Shown: in pieces, positions 21,412-31,698 of the stretch
How the letters are laid out: every line of letters begins with the position of its first letter
Numbering within the stretch: position 1 is the stretch's first letter
Source: Dehalococcoidia bacterium
Lineage (GTDB): Bacteria > Chloroflexota > Dehalococcoidia > SZUA-161 > SpSt-899
NCBI GenBank assembly: GCA_041300025.1
Contig: JBGLNL010000001.1
Location: 1,211,576 to 1,275,575, forward strand
Direction: 5' to 3'
Length of the DNA stretch: 64,000 nt
Made by a program: the position numbers and the translations under genes
Notes under the pieces: generated by a model
The model's database searches: none
The model's input: the letters and a program-made list of their open reading frames with translations, nothing else
Told to the model about the DNA's origin: nothing

Positions 21412-21510
21412 TACCGCTTTTTCAGCCCCCTCGATCCCCTAATCATGGGGGAAGTTTAGATTGGGGGACACCCCCAGACCCCCGAAGTCACCACTTGTTC
21501 AAAAGGTTCC
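21412..21510 (-). repeat. GC-rich hairpin repeat element (GGGGGACACCCCC core), copy A
   Basis: TTGGGGGACACCCCCAGACCCCCGAAGTCACCACT shared with the copies at 38.9, 47.8, 57.0 and 59.4 kb. Confidence 0.7.
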
Positions 21511-22536
21511 TTAAATTATCAGCATGGCGTCCCCAAAACTGTAAAAGCGGTAATCATTCCGAATGGCTTCTTCGTATGCTGCCAGTATCCGTTCCCTCCC
21601 GGCAAAGGCGGCCACCAGCATTAGCAGGGTCGACCTCGGGAGATGGAAATTGGTAATAAGCGTATCCACAGCGCGGAACTCGTAGCCGGGCAGAATATAC
21701 AAATCATTCCAGCCAGTTACCGAACACACTTCCCCATCAGGTTGAATTGCCCGCTCCAGCGACCGCACCGCCGTAGTCCCGACGGCCACGATGCGCCGTT
21801 TCTCCTTTTTTGCCTGATTCAATTTCTGAGCTGTGCTGGCACTCACTTCAAAATATTCACGGTGAAGAGAATGTCCTGCGGGGTCCTCGGACTTGACCGG
21901 ACGGAAAGAGCCGAGCCCGACATGGAGGGTCACAAAAACCAGTTCGATTCCCATCGCAGCAATTCTATCCAGCAAAGCGGGAGTAAAATGCAATCCGGCG
22001 GTTGGAGCCGCCACGCTGCCTTTGGTTCTGGCATAGACCGTTTGATAGCGCTCGGGGTCATCAACCGGTTTGTGGATATATGGGGGCAGGGGCACCTCGC
22101 CGAGATCCTCCAGTAATTCTTCATTATGCAGATGTACCATCACTGTTCCGTTTTCATTTTTCGATTGTACCTCAACCGTGATGCTGCTCTGCTTTTCTTC
22201 GGATTCAATTTCCACCACCGTCCCCGGCCTGACGCGCTTCCCCGGCCTTGCCAGAGACTCCCAGATTGAATCGCCAACCCGGTTCAAAAGGAGAAATTCT
22301 ATCCTCGCTCCACCGCCAGCCTTGTGTCCCAGCAGTCTGGCGGGAATGACCCGGCTTTCGTTTAACACCAGCACATCACCTGATTTAAGATAATCGATGA
22401 TCTCAAAGAAACGGCGATGCTCTATCGAACCATCCGCCCGATTAAGAACCAGCAGGCGCGAATAATCCCGCGGTTCGACCGGGGTCTGAGCAATCATCTC
22501 TGAGGGAAGATAGTACTCGAAATCGGAAGTTTTCAT
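21511..22536 (-). CDS. queA: S-adenosylmethionine:tRNA ribosyltransferase-isomerase
   Basis: MKTSDFEYYLPSEMIAQTPVEPRDYSRLLVL N-terminus. 341 aa. Confidence 0.9.
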   Translation of the reverse strand: MKTSDFEYYLPSEMIAQTPVEPRDYSRLLVLNRADGSIEHRRFFEIIDYLKSGDVLVLNESRVIPARLLGHKAGGGARIEFLLLNRVGDSIWESLARPGKRVRPGTVVEIESEEKQSSITVEVQSKNENGTVMVHLHNEELLEDLGEVPLPPYIHKPVDDPERYQTVYARTKGSVAAPTAGLHFTPALLDRIAAMGIELVFVTLHVGLGSFRPVKSEDPAGHSLHREYFEVSASTAQKLNQAKKEKRRIVAVGTTAVRSLERAIQPDGEVCSVTGWNDLYILPGYEFRAVDTLITNFHLPRSTLLMLVAAFAGRERILAAYEEAIRNDYRFYSFGDAMLII

Positions 22537-23312
22537 GCTTTACCCATGTCCGCGGCAAAAAGCGCCGCTCCGATGGCCCCGATGAGTTGAGGGTCCACGG
22601 GAAATTCAACCAGCTTCGTTCCGAGGGCATTTTCCAGGGAACCTGTCACGCCGGAATTTTTGGCAATGCCACCGGTAAAACCGATATCATTCTTTGCACC
22701 CATATCCTGCAAAAGCGCCAGAATATAACGCGCCGTGTGGTTGCAAATCCCGGCGGCTATATCCGCTGTATTCCTTCCCTCCAGAATCATTCGACGTATC
22801 GTGATCTCGGTCAGGATGCAGCACTGATTTTTCAAAAGCACGGGATTTGAGGCCTGAAGCGCAAGCGGGCCGAGTTCCGAAACATCCACTCCGAGTGCTT
22901 CTGCCATTACCTCCAGCGATTTGCCTGTCCCGGCAGCACACGTCATGTTCATCCGGAAATCCTTCAACTCGCCTCTCTCTCCCACCCTGATAGCTTTACA
23001 ATCCTGCCCGCCCGCATCGATAATCGTCCTTATGGAAGGAACGAGCCACCAGGCACCCCGCCCATGACACGATATTTCGCTAATATTGGTATCTGCAAAG
23101 GGGATTATGCGCCGCCCGTATCCGGTGCTTACACAATAAGCAAGATCATCAAAGGAAAGTCCGAGCAGGGTGAGCAGGCGATCCATTACTTCAGTGGCAG
23201 AACGAACCGCATCGGGCCTTACCGGGATTATCTCGCCTCGCAGAATTTCCCCATCCCGCATAATCACTGCCTTGGCGGTCAGTGCTCCAACATCGCAACC
23301 GGCAACGATCAT
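22533..23312 (-). CDS. BadF/BadG/BcrA/BcrD-type ATPase (2-hydroxyacyl-CoA dehydratase activator, HgdC-like)
   Basis: Actin-fold ATPase. AGCDVGALTAKAVI N-terminus. 259 aa. Confidence 0.85.
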   Translation of the reverse strand: MIVAGCDVGALTAKAVIMRDGEILRGEIIPVRPDAVRSATEVMDRLLTLLGLSFDDLAYCVSTGYGRRIIPFADTNISEISCHGRGAWWLVPSIRTIIDAGGQDCKAIRVGERGELKDFRMNMTCAAGTGKSLEVMAEALGVDVSELGPLALQASNPVLLKNQCCILTEITIRRMILEGRNTADIAAGICNHTARYILALLQDMGAKNDIGFTGGIAKNSGVTGSLENALGTKLVEFPVDPQLIGAIGAALFAADMGKA

Positions 23313-24088
23313 CCTTTCTTTTCCCCTGCCAAAAGAGCAGCACCAAGGGCCGCGATCACCTGAGGATCAATTTCCCCAAGCCAGGCAAGTTTCATTTCCA
23401 GTTTCCTCTCCAGTTCCCTTACCACTACCGCGTTTTTGGCTACTCCTCCCACCATCGCCACTTCGCCGCTCAATCCGGCCCGGCGCGCCACTCCGGCTAT
23501 GCGGCTGGCTACGGCCATCAAAACACCGGCAAACAAATCAATCCTATCGTATCCTTCGTTGATATGAGATATCACATCGCTTTCGGCCAGCACCACGCAA
23601 AGGTTGGTCAGAGGCACAGGACGGGCGGAAATCAGAGAGTCCCTGTTCAATTCATCGATGGGAACCTCCAGAGCGCGTGACATAAGTTCTATGAATCTTC
23701 CCATACCGGCAGAGCAATCATCGGTGATGGCGGAGTTCCACAATTTTCCGTTGGAATCCATGGTGAAAGCATGCAGGGTATGAGAACCGACATCGATCAC
23801 CGTTCTCACTTCGGGATTTATGTATCTTATCGCCCGGATCAGGCATTCTTCCCCGGAAACATCACCAGCAGATCCGGGCACCGCCCTTGCCCCAAACCCT
23901 GTAGCCAGACAGCGATCAATCCGTTCACTGGATATTCCTGCCCTTTCGATGGCCCTGTCAATCACTTCTATCATGGCTTCTTTGGGATTACTGCGATAGG
24001 GCAGCACTTCAGCAGCCAGAATATCCCCGTCATCAAGGATGACCGCTTTTGCCGAGACCATTCCAAGATCACACCCCATAGAAATCAA
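23309..24088 (-). CDS. BadF/BadG/BcrA/BcrD-type ATPase, second copy
   Basis: Paralog of the preceding gene. MGCDLGMVSAKAVI N-terminus. 4-nt overlap. Confidence 0.85.
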   Translation of the reverse strand: MISMGCDLGMVSAKAVILDDGDILAAEVLPYRSNPKEAMIEVIDRAIERAGISSERIDRCLATGFGARAVPGSAGDVSGEECLIRAIRYINPEVRTVIDVGSHTLHAFTMDSNGKLWNSAITDDCSAGMGRFIELMSRALEVPIDELNRDSLISARPVPLTNLCVVLAESDVISHINEGYDRIDLFAGVLMAVASRIAGVARRAGLSGEVAMVGGVAKNAVVVRELERKLEMKLAWLGEIDPQVIAALGAALLAGEKKG

Positions 24089-24325
24089 GGCTTATCTCCC
24101 AATACAGCCCGGCCCAACTTCTGTTCTTTTTCGTTCATACCCGAAAGCATTATAAATCAACCGCTACGCTGCCGTCGAGTTAAATAAGCTTTGCGCCAAT
24201 TCACTTTCTTTGACAATGAAGGGCGATTTCACCTAAAATGAATTCGGCATAAACCTCTTCATTCCAGAGCCAGAGCAAAGGTTGAGGAATTACTGCCCAT
24301 CATCAACCACAACAGGAGAAAGCCT

Positions 24326-25468
24326 ATGCAAGCCATTAAAGAACTAACCAGAGAAATGAAAAACCGCGGAGCCGGACTGAAGGAACTCAAGAAACAGGGG
24401 AAAAAGATAATCGGTTATTTCCCGGGAGGTTATTTCCCGGAGGAACTTGTCCTTGCAGCCGATGCTGTGCCGGTAGCGCTTAACCGTGGCGGAGATCACG
24501 AACCGGTAGAGGTGGCCGGAGCCTACATGAGTCGATGGATTTACACCTTTGCCAGAGCCAATATCGGTTACCGGATTCTCGGAACCGAGCCGGTTTACAA
24601 TATCATAGATGAATATGTCATACCGGTGACGGATAACCACGTGAGGATCGTAGCGGACACATGGGACGTTTTCACCGAGATGACTACTTTCCGGTATGGC
24701 ATCCCCCACACCAAGCATGCATGGTCCGCCGATTATGTTGTCCATGGTTTCAATGCGCTCAAGGACAGGCTGGAGGAACTGACCGGGAACAAAATCACGG
24801 ATGAAAAGATAAAGACAGCAATTGATTTGTGTAACAGGGAACGGGACCTTCTTAAAGAAATCAGCCTGATGCGCCGGTCCAAACGTCCCCCCATCACCAC
24901 CAGAGATTTCGTTATGCTCAATCACGCTTCCCTCCTGCTGGACAAGAAATTTTTAATAACCAAACTGGAAGAGATAGCAACCAGCCTGAGAGAAACCGAA
25001 GGCCCCGAACTAAAAGGCCCCCGGCTAATGCTCATGGGAACCACCCTGGCATATGGAGACCACCGGATTCTCGATTTTATAAACGCCGCCGGAGGGAATG
25101 TAGTGATCGAGGAATTTGGCGAAGGAATCCGGCATTACTGGGAAAAGGTCAATCCTGAGAATGACCTGATGAAGGCTCTGGCCGATAGATATTTCACCCG
25201 GCGGGTGCCGCCGGCATGGTTCCGCCCCGGAACGGAACGAAAGGAATTCGCCGTTAAGCTGGCAAATGACTTCAAAGTAGATGGAGTAGTATGGTATCAG
25301 TTGATGGCCCGCGAAACTGATGATTTCGAATCCTACTGGTTCCCGAAGGTGCTTAAAGAAGGGGCAAATGTGCCTATGCTCAAACTGACCTCGGATTACG
25401 ATTCAGTCGAAAGAGGACAGTTCAATACCAAACTAGAGACCTTCGTCGATTCGATAACAACCGCCTAA
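24326..25468 (+). CDS. 2-hydroxyacyl-CoA dehydratase family subunit (HgdB/BcrB-like)
   Basis: KKIIGYFPGGYFPEELVLAADAVPV N-terminus is typical of the family. 380 aa. Divergent from the activator genes. Confidence 0.8.
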   Translation: MQAIKELTREMKNRGAGLKELKKQGKKIIGYFPGGYFPEELVLAADAVPVALNRGGDHEPVEVAGAYMSRWIYTFARANIGYRILGTEPVYNIIDEYVIPVTDNHVRIVADTWDVFTEMTTFRYGIPHTKHAWSADYVVHGFNALKDRLEELTGNKITDEKIKTAIDLCNRERDLLKEISLMRRSKRPPITTRDFVMLNHASLLLDKKFLITKLEEIATSLRETEGPELKGPRLMLMGTTLAYGDHRILDFINAAGGNVVIEEFGEGIRHYWEKVNPENDLMKALADRYFTRRVPPAWFRPGTERKEFAVKLANDFKVDGVVWYQLMARETDDFESYWFPKVLKEGANVPMLKLTSDYDSVERGQFNTKLETFVDSITTA

Positions 25469-25506
25469 GGGAAATTCATGAATTGCCCCTACTTAAGGAG
25501 ATAAAC

Positions 25507-25632
25507 ATGTATTACAAGGAACTGTTCAAGCTTTTCAATTACACTGATGCGGAAATAGAGAAGGATAAAGAGAGGATCGAGAAGGCCTTTAAGAAGGCAG
25601 ATATCGGGGCTGCAAACTCAAAGCTCTCTTGA
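25507..25632 (+). CDS. 41-aa ORF with strong RBS; possible N-terminal stub of a deleted gene
   Basis: AAGGAG-7nt-ATG. MYYKELFKLFNYTDAEIEKDKERIEKAFKK. Confidence 0.25.
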   Translation: MYYKELFKLFNYTDAEIEKDKERIEKAFKKADIGAANSKLS

Positions 25633-26307
25633 CAAGGCCAATATCCCTTCCGGATCGGAATCCATAGCGATAAATGTCTGAGATTCTGCAGGGAGGGGTT
25701 TGGCGAGGCTGGTGGTGATCTCCTCTATTTTTGTTATGGCATCATCGTATGCAGCGTCTGCGTCCATATCGACATAGGCGTTGGCGATGATATTCATTTT
25801 GTGCTTGACGTGGTCGAAGGCCAGCATGGTATCGGTGAAGAGAAAAATGCAATCCGGCAGGTCGAGTTCGTCGTGTTGTGGTTGAGGCAGTTCTTCGAAG
25901 AAATTGACAATATCGTATGCCATGTAGCCGACTGCCCCGCCGCAGAAGGGTGGAAGTCCGGGTAGGGTAACGGCTTGTCTGGCGCTGAGAATCTCCTGAA
26001 TCAGATGCAGCGGGTCATTATCTGAAAGGGTTATTTTGTGCTCTTCCGATCCGTCGTGGATTATGGCCTGTTTTCCTTTGCTTTCCAGAACCTGCGAGTG
26101 GCCGAGTCCCATGAACGTGTAGCGTCCCAGGTTTTCGCCCCTTTCCACGCTTTCCAGCAGGAAAGTCGGCGCTTCCTGTCCCAGCTTGAGGAACACCGAT
26201 ACCGGCGTATCGAGATCGGCGGCCAGTTCCCGGCAGACCGGGATCAGCACTCCTTTTTCAGCTTTCCTTTTAAATAAGTCTCTATCCGGGAAATATTTAC
26301 CTGCCAT
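25618..26307 (-). pseudogene. trpE: anthranilate synthase component I, N-terminal domain only (catalytic chorismate-binding domain missing)
   Basis: LIPVCRELAADLDTPVSVFLKL TrpE N-terminal signature. It stops after 229 aa. It is preceded by a Trp T-box leader. Confidence 0.7.
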
Positions 26308-26311
26308 TTTT

Positions 26312-26600
26312 CTCCTTCAAAGTCCACCGCAGAGATAATAAAAAACCCCCGTCCCAAAGGGGCGGAGGTTTATCCGCGGTGCCACCCTTTTTAACCGGAT
26401 ACGCTTACAGTACCGGTTATCTTCTTCAGGTACGGCCCTTTTAGCTGGCGATACCCCGGGCTCTGATAACGGTGCCCTTTCCGGCAAAGCCTACTTTCAT
26501 TAGCTGATTTCGGTTTGCGGCTCCCAGGTCCATTCCCATCTGAATCGTATGTACCGGGCTCTCACCTTCCCCGGCTCTCTGTGACTCGCCTTCAAGAGGT
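26312..26600 (-). ncRNA. T-box riboswitch leader (probable Trp specifier UGG) with intrinsic terminator
   Basis: Minus-strand AAAAAGGGTGGCACCGCGG matches the T-box consensus. It is followed by CCTCCGCCCC-TTT-GGGACGGGGG plus a T7 terminator. Upstream are an AGAGAG GA-motif and an AAUGGA specifier candidate. Confidence 0.6.
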
Positions 26601-26918
26601 ACTATTCCTGTTCACAGCCTTTTGGCGCTATTCAATTGTTAATTGCAGAAGTCAATATACAGATTCCCGATGGATTTGTCAAATGCCGCTGCCTTTCAAT
26701 GGGAAATGATCCTGAAGGAGAAATCGGTTTTCAGCGATGTATGAAGTGAATTGACAGGAGGTTACATTTTTGTTGGAGAGGATATCTGAGTTCGTTAATC
26801 TGTCTTTAATCTGAGTGAGGTATAGTGGAATTTTAAGATATACTGTATAGTGTTGTCTGGCATGGCAGAAAGAGATAATTTACATAATGCCACTTTGATT
26901 ATAGAAGGAGAGCCGGGT

Positions 26919-27590
26919 ATGGATATCATCAATGTCAAGGGAGTCCACAAAACTTATAATACTGGTAAAGTTAAGGTTCATGCACTGCGGGGTGTGAACC
27001 TTAACATCGGGAAGGGTGAGATGGTGGCAGTGATGGGGCCCAGCGGCTGCGGTAAAACCACCCTGCTCAATTGTCTTTCGGGGATTGACAACATAGATGA
27101 AGGCGAGATCGTTGTCAAAGGTAATCGAATTCCCCGGATGTCGGATAAGCAGAGGACCAAATTCCGGGCTGAAGAGATGGGATTTGTTTTTCAGGCTTTC
27201 AACCTTTTGCCGGTTCTCAGTGTGGTTGAAAATGTGGAGTTGCCTCTTTTGGTATCGGGTATTAAGCAGAACGTAGCCCGTAAACAGGCTGAGGATATTC
27301 TGGAACTTGTCAATCTTGGGGATCAAAGATCGAAAAAGCCCATGGAGCTTTCCGGCGGCCAGCAGCAGCGCGTGGCAGTGGCCCGGGCGCTGGTGAACAG
27401 CCCGGCGATTGTCTGGGGGGATGAACCCACCGGCAACCTCGATAGCGAAACCTCGATGGAGATCATGGAGGTCCTGCGTAATCTCAATAAACAGAAAGGG
27501 CAAACATTTGTTCTGGTAACCCACTCCGATGAGGTGGGCAGGGTAACCGACAGAATTATTCGCATGCGCGATGGGGTTATAGAAGGTTGA
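26919..27590 (+). CDS. ABC transporter ATP-binding protein
   Basis: Walker [25 protein letters not shown] signature. RBS AAGGAGAG upstream of the ATG at 26919. Confidence 0.9.
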   Translation: MDIINVKGVHKTYNTGKVKVHALRGVNLNIGKGEMVAVMGPSGCGKTTLLNCLSGIDNIDEGEIVVKGNRIPRMSDKQRTKFRAEEMGFVFQAFNLLPVLSVVENVELPLLVSGIKQNVARKQAEDILELVNLGDQRSKKPMELSGGQQQRVAVARALVNSPAIVWGDEPTGNLDSETSMEIMEVLRNLNKQKGQTFVLVTHSDEVGRVTDRIIRMRDGVIEG

Positions 27591-27624
27591 GTGAGTAATC
27601 AATTAGCTTATGAGATGAAATAAA

Positions 27625-30321
27625 ATGGAAAGCCTGAAAACATTACTTATCCCATTTATGGTTATTTTTGCGATCAGTGGAGTGATTCTCGTTCTAAGCG
27701 CTCTTCGCAACAGGGTGCTCTTAAAGATGGCAGCGCGTAATGTACCCAGAAGACCTGCCAATACCCTTCTTACGGTCTTAGGTCTGATGCTTGCTGCCAT
27801 GATATTCTCCGCCTCTTTTGCCACCGGAGATACACTGACGCATTCTATCAGGAAACTGGCAGTGGATTACCTCGGTGAAACCGATATCATAGTCATGCGC
27901 GAAGGCGTTGAGTTCGGGGGAGCGTCCGGGCATGTCCTGGAAAGCAGCGATCGGCCCAGTTATTTTGATAAAGCCACATTTGATACGGTTGATAAAGCTC
28001 TTGCTGGCTTGAAGGATAACAATATTGTGGATGGTGTGGCGCCTGTCATCATTGAAACCGTCCCAGCCGTTGCCGGAAGTGGGTTAAATGAGCCTTCGGT
28101 TACGCTTTTGGGATTCGACAGCCGATATATGTCCGGTTTTGCGCCACTTAGGGATAAAAAAGGAACAGAGCTCTCTTTGAAAGCGTTGGAGGAGCTTGGC
28201 GAAGGTTACGTTTATATTAATACGGATTTAGCAGAAGCGCTGGAGGCTGATGTTGATGATGTCATCGATATCTTTTTTGGTACACAAAAGACTTCCCTTA
28301 CAATTGCAGATGTTTATGAAACTGGTGGAAGACCGTCAGCTTTCAGGCTTGATTCCGATGCAACTGCGGTCTTGCCGTTATCTCATATACAGTCCCTGCG
28401 TGGTTCCGACGATATTAACTATATCCTTGTCACCAATCAAGGTGGTGAGATTGAAGGGGCCAGCCATTCCGATGCTGTAATGGCGGTTTTAGAACCTTCT
28501 CTGGAGGGTACGGGACTCAAAGCCGAAGCAATTAAACAGGATTCACTGGATGAAGCTGACGAAGGCGGCGCCATGTTCTCTACGGTTTTCCTTGTTTTAG
28601 GCAGCTTTTCCATGATTGCTGGTATCTTACTGATTTTCCTTATTTTTGTAATGCTGGCTGCAGAACGCAAGCAAGAACTGGGAATAGCACGAGCTGTAGG
28701 AACCCAGCGGGGGCATATCATCCGTTTGTTTACATATGAAGGGGTGCTTTATGCGTTGATTGCTTCGGCTGTAGGGAGCGGGCTTGGGGTTGTGATCAGT
28801 TGGGGTGGGATGGCAGTTCTGGATTCTGCCTTCAAGGAAATGGGATTCAGAATAGTATTTGATTATACAGCGAGCGGGGTGGTTATATCATATTTGGCAG
28901 GGGTGATATTCACACTTGTTGTGGTGGTGATATCTGCATGGCGTGTAAGCCGTCTGAATATTATCTGTGCGATAAAAGATATTCCCGAACCTAAGGAAGA
29001 AGGCAAACGTGGTTTGAAAGGTATTGCTCTGATTATCCTGTCTCTACTTGCCGGATCCCTGATGACAATCATTGGTATTCAGGGAACCGATTGGGCGCCT
29101 TATTCCCTGGGAGTCTCGTTATTGATCATCGGTTTGTTGTTACTGGCGCGAAAGCGACCCATGTACTTGCCTGATCGTCCGGCATTTACCCTGGCTGGTG
29201 TTGGCCTGCTGATTTTCTGGCTTTCGCCGACCGAGTGGCATCCGAGAGGAGAGGAGATGGGAGCAGGGTTTGAGATGTTCATCCTGACCGGTGTGATGCT
29301 CGTTACAGCGGCTGTGTGGATAGTCATGTACAACTCTGACCTGCTATTGAAATGTATCATGTATATATTTGGGCGGCTGCGCGCCCTTACACCCATGATC
29401 AAGACTGCGGTTTCGTATCCCATGGCCAGCCGCTTCCGCACGGGAATGGCTATGGCTATGTTTGCCCTGATCATTTTTACGCTTATTTACATGTCTGCCA
29501 TGATAGCTTCCATTCGCGGTTTACTGGATGATACCGACCGGGTTACTGGCAGCTTTCATATCCGAGCGGATGTCAGCTATAACAATCCGATCGATGATAT
29601 CAATGCTGCTCTTAGTGATGCGGATGGCGTGAGTGCGGACGATTTTGATGCCATTGGTGCGTTCAGTATAATTCCGGTTACGGTACGTGATGCCAGCGGG
29701 TCAACGGAAGAACAAATGGTGGGGCAAGAGGAGGTTGCGGAAGAAGGATGGATTGAGTTGATTCTAATGGGGACAAATGAAGAGTATACCGAGAATGTGA
29801 CATATGGTTTTGAAATCACGAATGCGGCCTACCCTTCTAAAGAAGATGTATGGAAGGCATTAACGGAAAACCCGTCGCTTGCGGTTGTCAGCAGTTCACT
29901 GGTGCCGACCAAATATACCCAAATGGGTGGCGGCGAGTTTGATTTTGTGATTGGAGAGGGGGAGTTCGTTATTGAAGATGAATTTATCCCGGATGATATT
30001 TTTGTTGAAGTGCAGAATCCTTTCACGAAGCGTGTGGAGAAGCTTAAGGTCATTGGTGTTATTGACGTCATGTCCGGCCCTTATGCAGGATTGGTGACTA
30101 CTTCACAGGCCACAGTGGATGGTATCTGGGGTGCCCCGGTTGAACCAACTTCATATCGATTAAAAGTTACGTCTGACAATATCAAACATATTCCCGAGAT
30201 TGCCAAGGCCCTTGAGAAAAATTTCGCAGAAAATGGAATGAACACTGAAGTCATGGAAGAAGAAGTGAAGTCCTATATGGATATTCAGGAAATGTTACTT
30301 CGAATGAAAATCGGGGATTAG
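27625..30321 (+). CDS. large ABC transporter permease with two FtsX domains (YbbP-like)
   Basis: 898 aa. Two blocks of FtsX-like TM helices separated by large extracytoplasmic domains. Confidence 0.85.
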   Translation: MESLKTLLIPFMVIFAISGVILVLSALRNRVLLKMAARNVPRRPANTLLTVLGLMLAAMIFSASFATGDTLTHSIRKLAVDYLGETDIIVMREGVEFGGASGHVLESSDRPSYFDKATFDTVDKALAGLKDNNIVDGVAPVIIETVPAVAGSGLNEPSVTLLGFDSRYMSGFAPLRDKKGTELSLKALEELGEGYVYINTDLAEALEADVDDVIDIFFGTQKTSLTIADVYETGGRPSAFRLDSDATAVLPLSHIQSLRGSDDINYILVTNQGGEIEGASHSDAVMAVLEPSLEGTGLKAEAIKQDSLDEADEGGAMFSTVFLVLGSFSMIAGILLIFLIFVMLAAERKQELGIARAVGTQRGHIIRLFTYEGVLYALIASAVGSGLGVVISWGGMAVLDSAFKEMGFRIVFDYTASGVVISYLAGVIFTLVVVVISAWRVSRLNIICAIKDIPEPKEEGKRGLKGIALIILSLLAGSLMTIIGIQGTDWAPYSLGVSLLIIGLLLLARKRPMYLPDRPAFTLAGVGLLIFWLSPTEWHPRGEEMGAGFEMFILTGVMLVTAAVWIVMYNSDLLLKCIMYIFGRLRALTPMIKTAVSYPMASRFRTGMAMAMFALIIFTLIYMSAMIASIRGLLDDTDRVTGSFHIRADVSYNNPIDDINAALSDADGVSADDFDAIGAFSIIPVTVRDASGSTEEQMVGQEEVAEEGWIELILMGTNEEYTENVTYGFEITNAAYPSKEDVWKALTENPSLAVVSSSLVPTKYTQMGGGEFDFVIGEGEFVIEDEFIPDDIFVEVQNPFTKRVEKLKVIGVIDVMSGPYAGLVTTSQATVDGIWGAPVEPTSYRLKVTSDNIKHIPEIAKALEKNFAENGMNTEVMEEEVKSYMDIQEMLLRMKIGD

Positions 30322-30396
30322 TCGCCTTTTCCGTTGATGAACAAAAAGTGATATGCAAATTTAATGTAGATGATTTTAGCATTGGTTCAGGTATTT

Positions 30397-31698
30397 TTAT
30401 CCGGATAGTATCATATCCACCGAGGTGCTTGCACCGGCATACCGAACATTATCGTTGACCATGAACAAAAGTCCGCCTTGTTTCATGACGCGGGAACACT
30501 CTGCAATAACACAAGACATTTCATAGAAATAACCGCGCACCATTCGGGGGATACCGGTATTGTTCAGTTTGCCGATTTTCTTTTGATTATTGAGATGTTC
30601 CAAAATGGCTTGGAGCAGTTGCTGATTATCAGCAATTTTCAGAGCCTCATCCCACTTGGGATTCAATTCTAATAAATCTTTCTCACGGTTTTCAACAGTT
30701 GCGCTGAGCATTTCTTGCCTTAGTTCAACCATCGATTTCTCATCAAGCCCCAGCAAAGCTAATTCCAGAGCATATGTCCGGGTATAATCATAACGATTGC
30801 AATATGGCGGAGAAGTGAAAATAACATCGTAAACGGAATTTTGTAAGCGAGGCAATAGATTTAAACAGGAACCTCTGTAAAGACATATGGTTCCTTTAGT
30901 TTCTTTTTGGGGGAACAACTCCATGCGATTATCGATGTTATTAATATCAAGTAATATCTCGTTGATTTTGGAGCAAATTGCCTGCTTAAAACCTTGTATT
31001 ACTCCCTTGTTGAATGGTTTCGCTCCCTGCTTTCTACCGGAACGATAATCCCAACGAAGATATTGGCCGTCTTTCCGGGTATAACTGATGGACTCCAATA
31101 TACAAAGCAATGCAAAGCGCAAAACCATTCTTGCTCTTTCATTCTCCTGATTGCAGGCACCTAGATAACATTCGATTTCATCCAGTGTTTCGTGAGGATA
31201 AGCACCTTCCGTTATTCTCAATGTGTTGAGAGTTTCCCTCATATTCGAATTTTCCCAAGGATGGTTCGTAGCCCAGTTATGCAATACTTGCTGATCGTGT
31301 TTATTTAGTTCTTTCTCGATACATTGGCGGGTTGAAATAATTTCCTGGGCTATCGGGAGCAACTCTATACCATCAGCTTCCAAACCAGAATTACTAGCTG
31401 TAAAAATGGCAGTACCACTCCCTGCAAATGGGTCTAGAAGTTTTGCATGGTCAATTCCATAGGTATTGAGGAAGTACTCAACCAAAGAAGCTGAAAAGGC
31501 TTCTTTGTATTTGTACCATCGATACAGCGGGCGTGTTTTGTTGGCCTGAAAACTGACCATCTGCCGAGTGAGAGCCCCATTAATAACGAACTTGTCTTGG
31601 AAGTGATACGACAGTTCTTGGTCGAGATGGTTAATATTATCAAGGAATGAATTACCAACTTCAGCTGATTGAGATTTTTCTAAAGTTGTCTCGATCAT
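30397..31698 (-). CDS. DNA methyltransferase (N4-cytosine/N6-adenine amino-MTase family). Orphan, on an AT-rich islet.
   Basis: DPFAGSGT motif I and FTSPPY motif IV. Local AT-richness contrasts with the flanking DNA. Confidence 0.8.
   Translation of the reverse strand: MIETTLEKSQSAEVGNSFLDNINHLDQELSYHFQDKFVINGALTRQMVSFQANKTRPLYRWYKYKEAFSASLVEYFLNTYGIDHAKLLDPFAGSGTAIFTASNSGLEADGIELLPIAQEIISTRQCIEKELNKHDQQVLHNWATNHPWENSNMRETLNTLRITEGAYPHETLDEIECYLGACNQENERARMVLRFALLCILESISYTRKDGQYLRWDYRSGRKQGAKPFNKGVIQGFKQAICSKINEILLDINNIDNRMELFPQKETKGTICLYRGSCLNLLPRLQNSVYDVIFTSPPYCNRYDYTRTYALELALLGLDEKSMVELRQEMLSATVENREKDLLELNPKWDEALKIADNQQLLQAILEHLNNQKKIGKLNNTGIPRMVRGYFYEMSCVIAECSRVMKQGGLLFMVNDNVRYAGASTSVDMILSG

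Noticed and set aside
26850-26918. N-terminal extension of the ABC ATPase ORF (start at 26850)
   Set aside because: An RBS AAGGAGAG precedes the internal ATG at 26919, and the MDIINVKG start aligns with ABC ATPase N-termini. The extension is likely untranslated.
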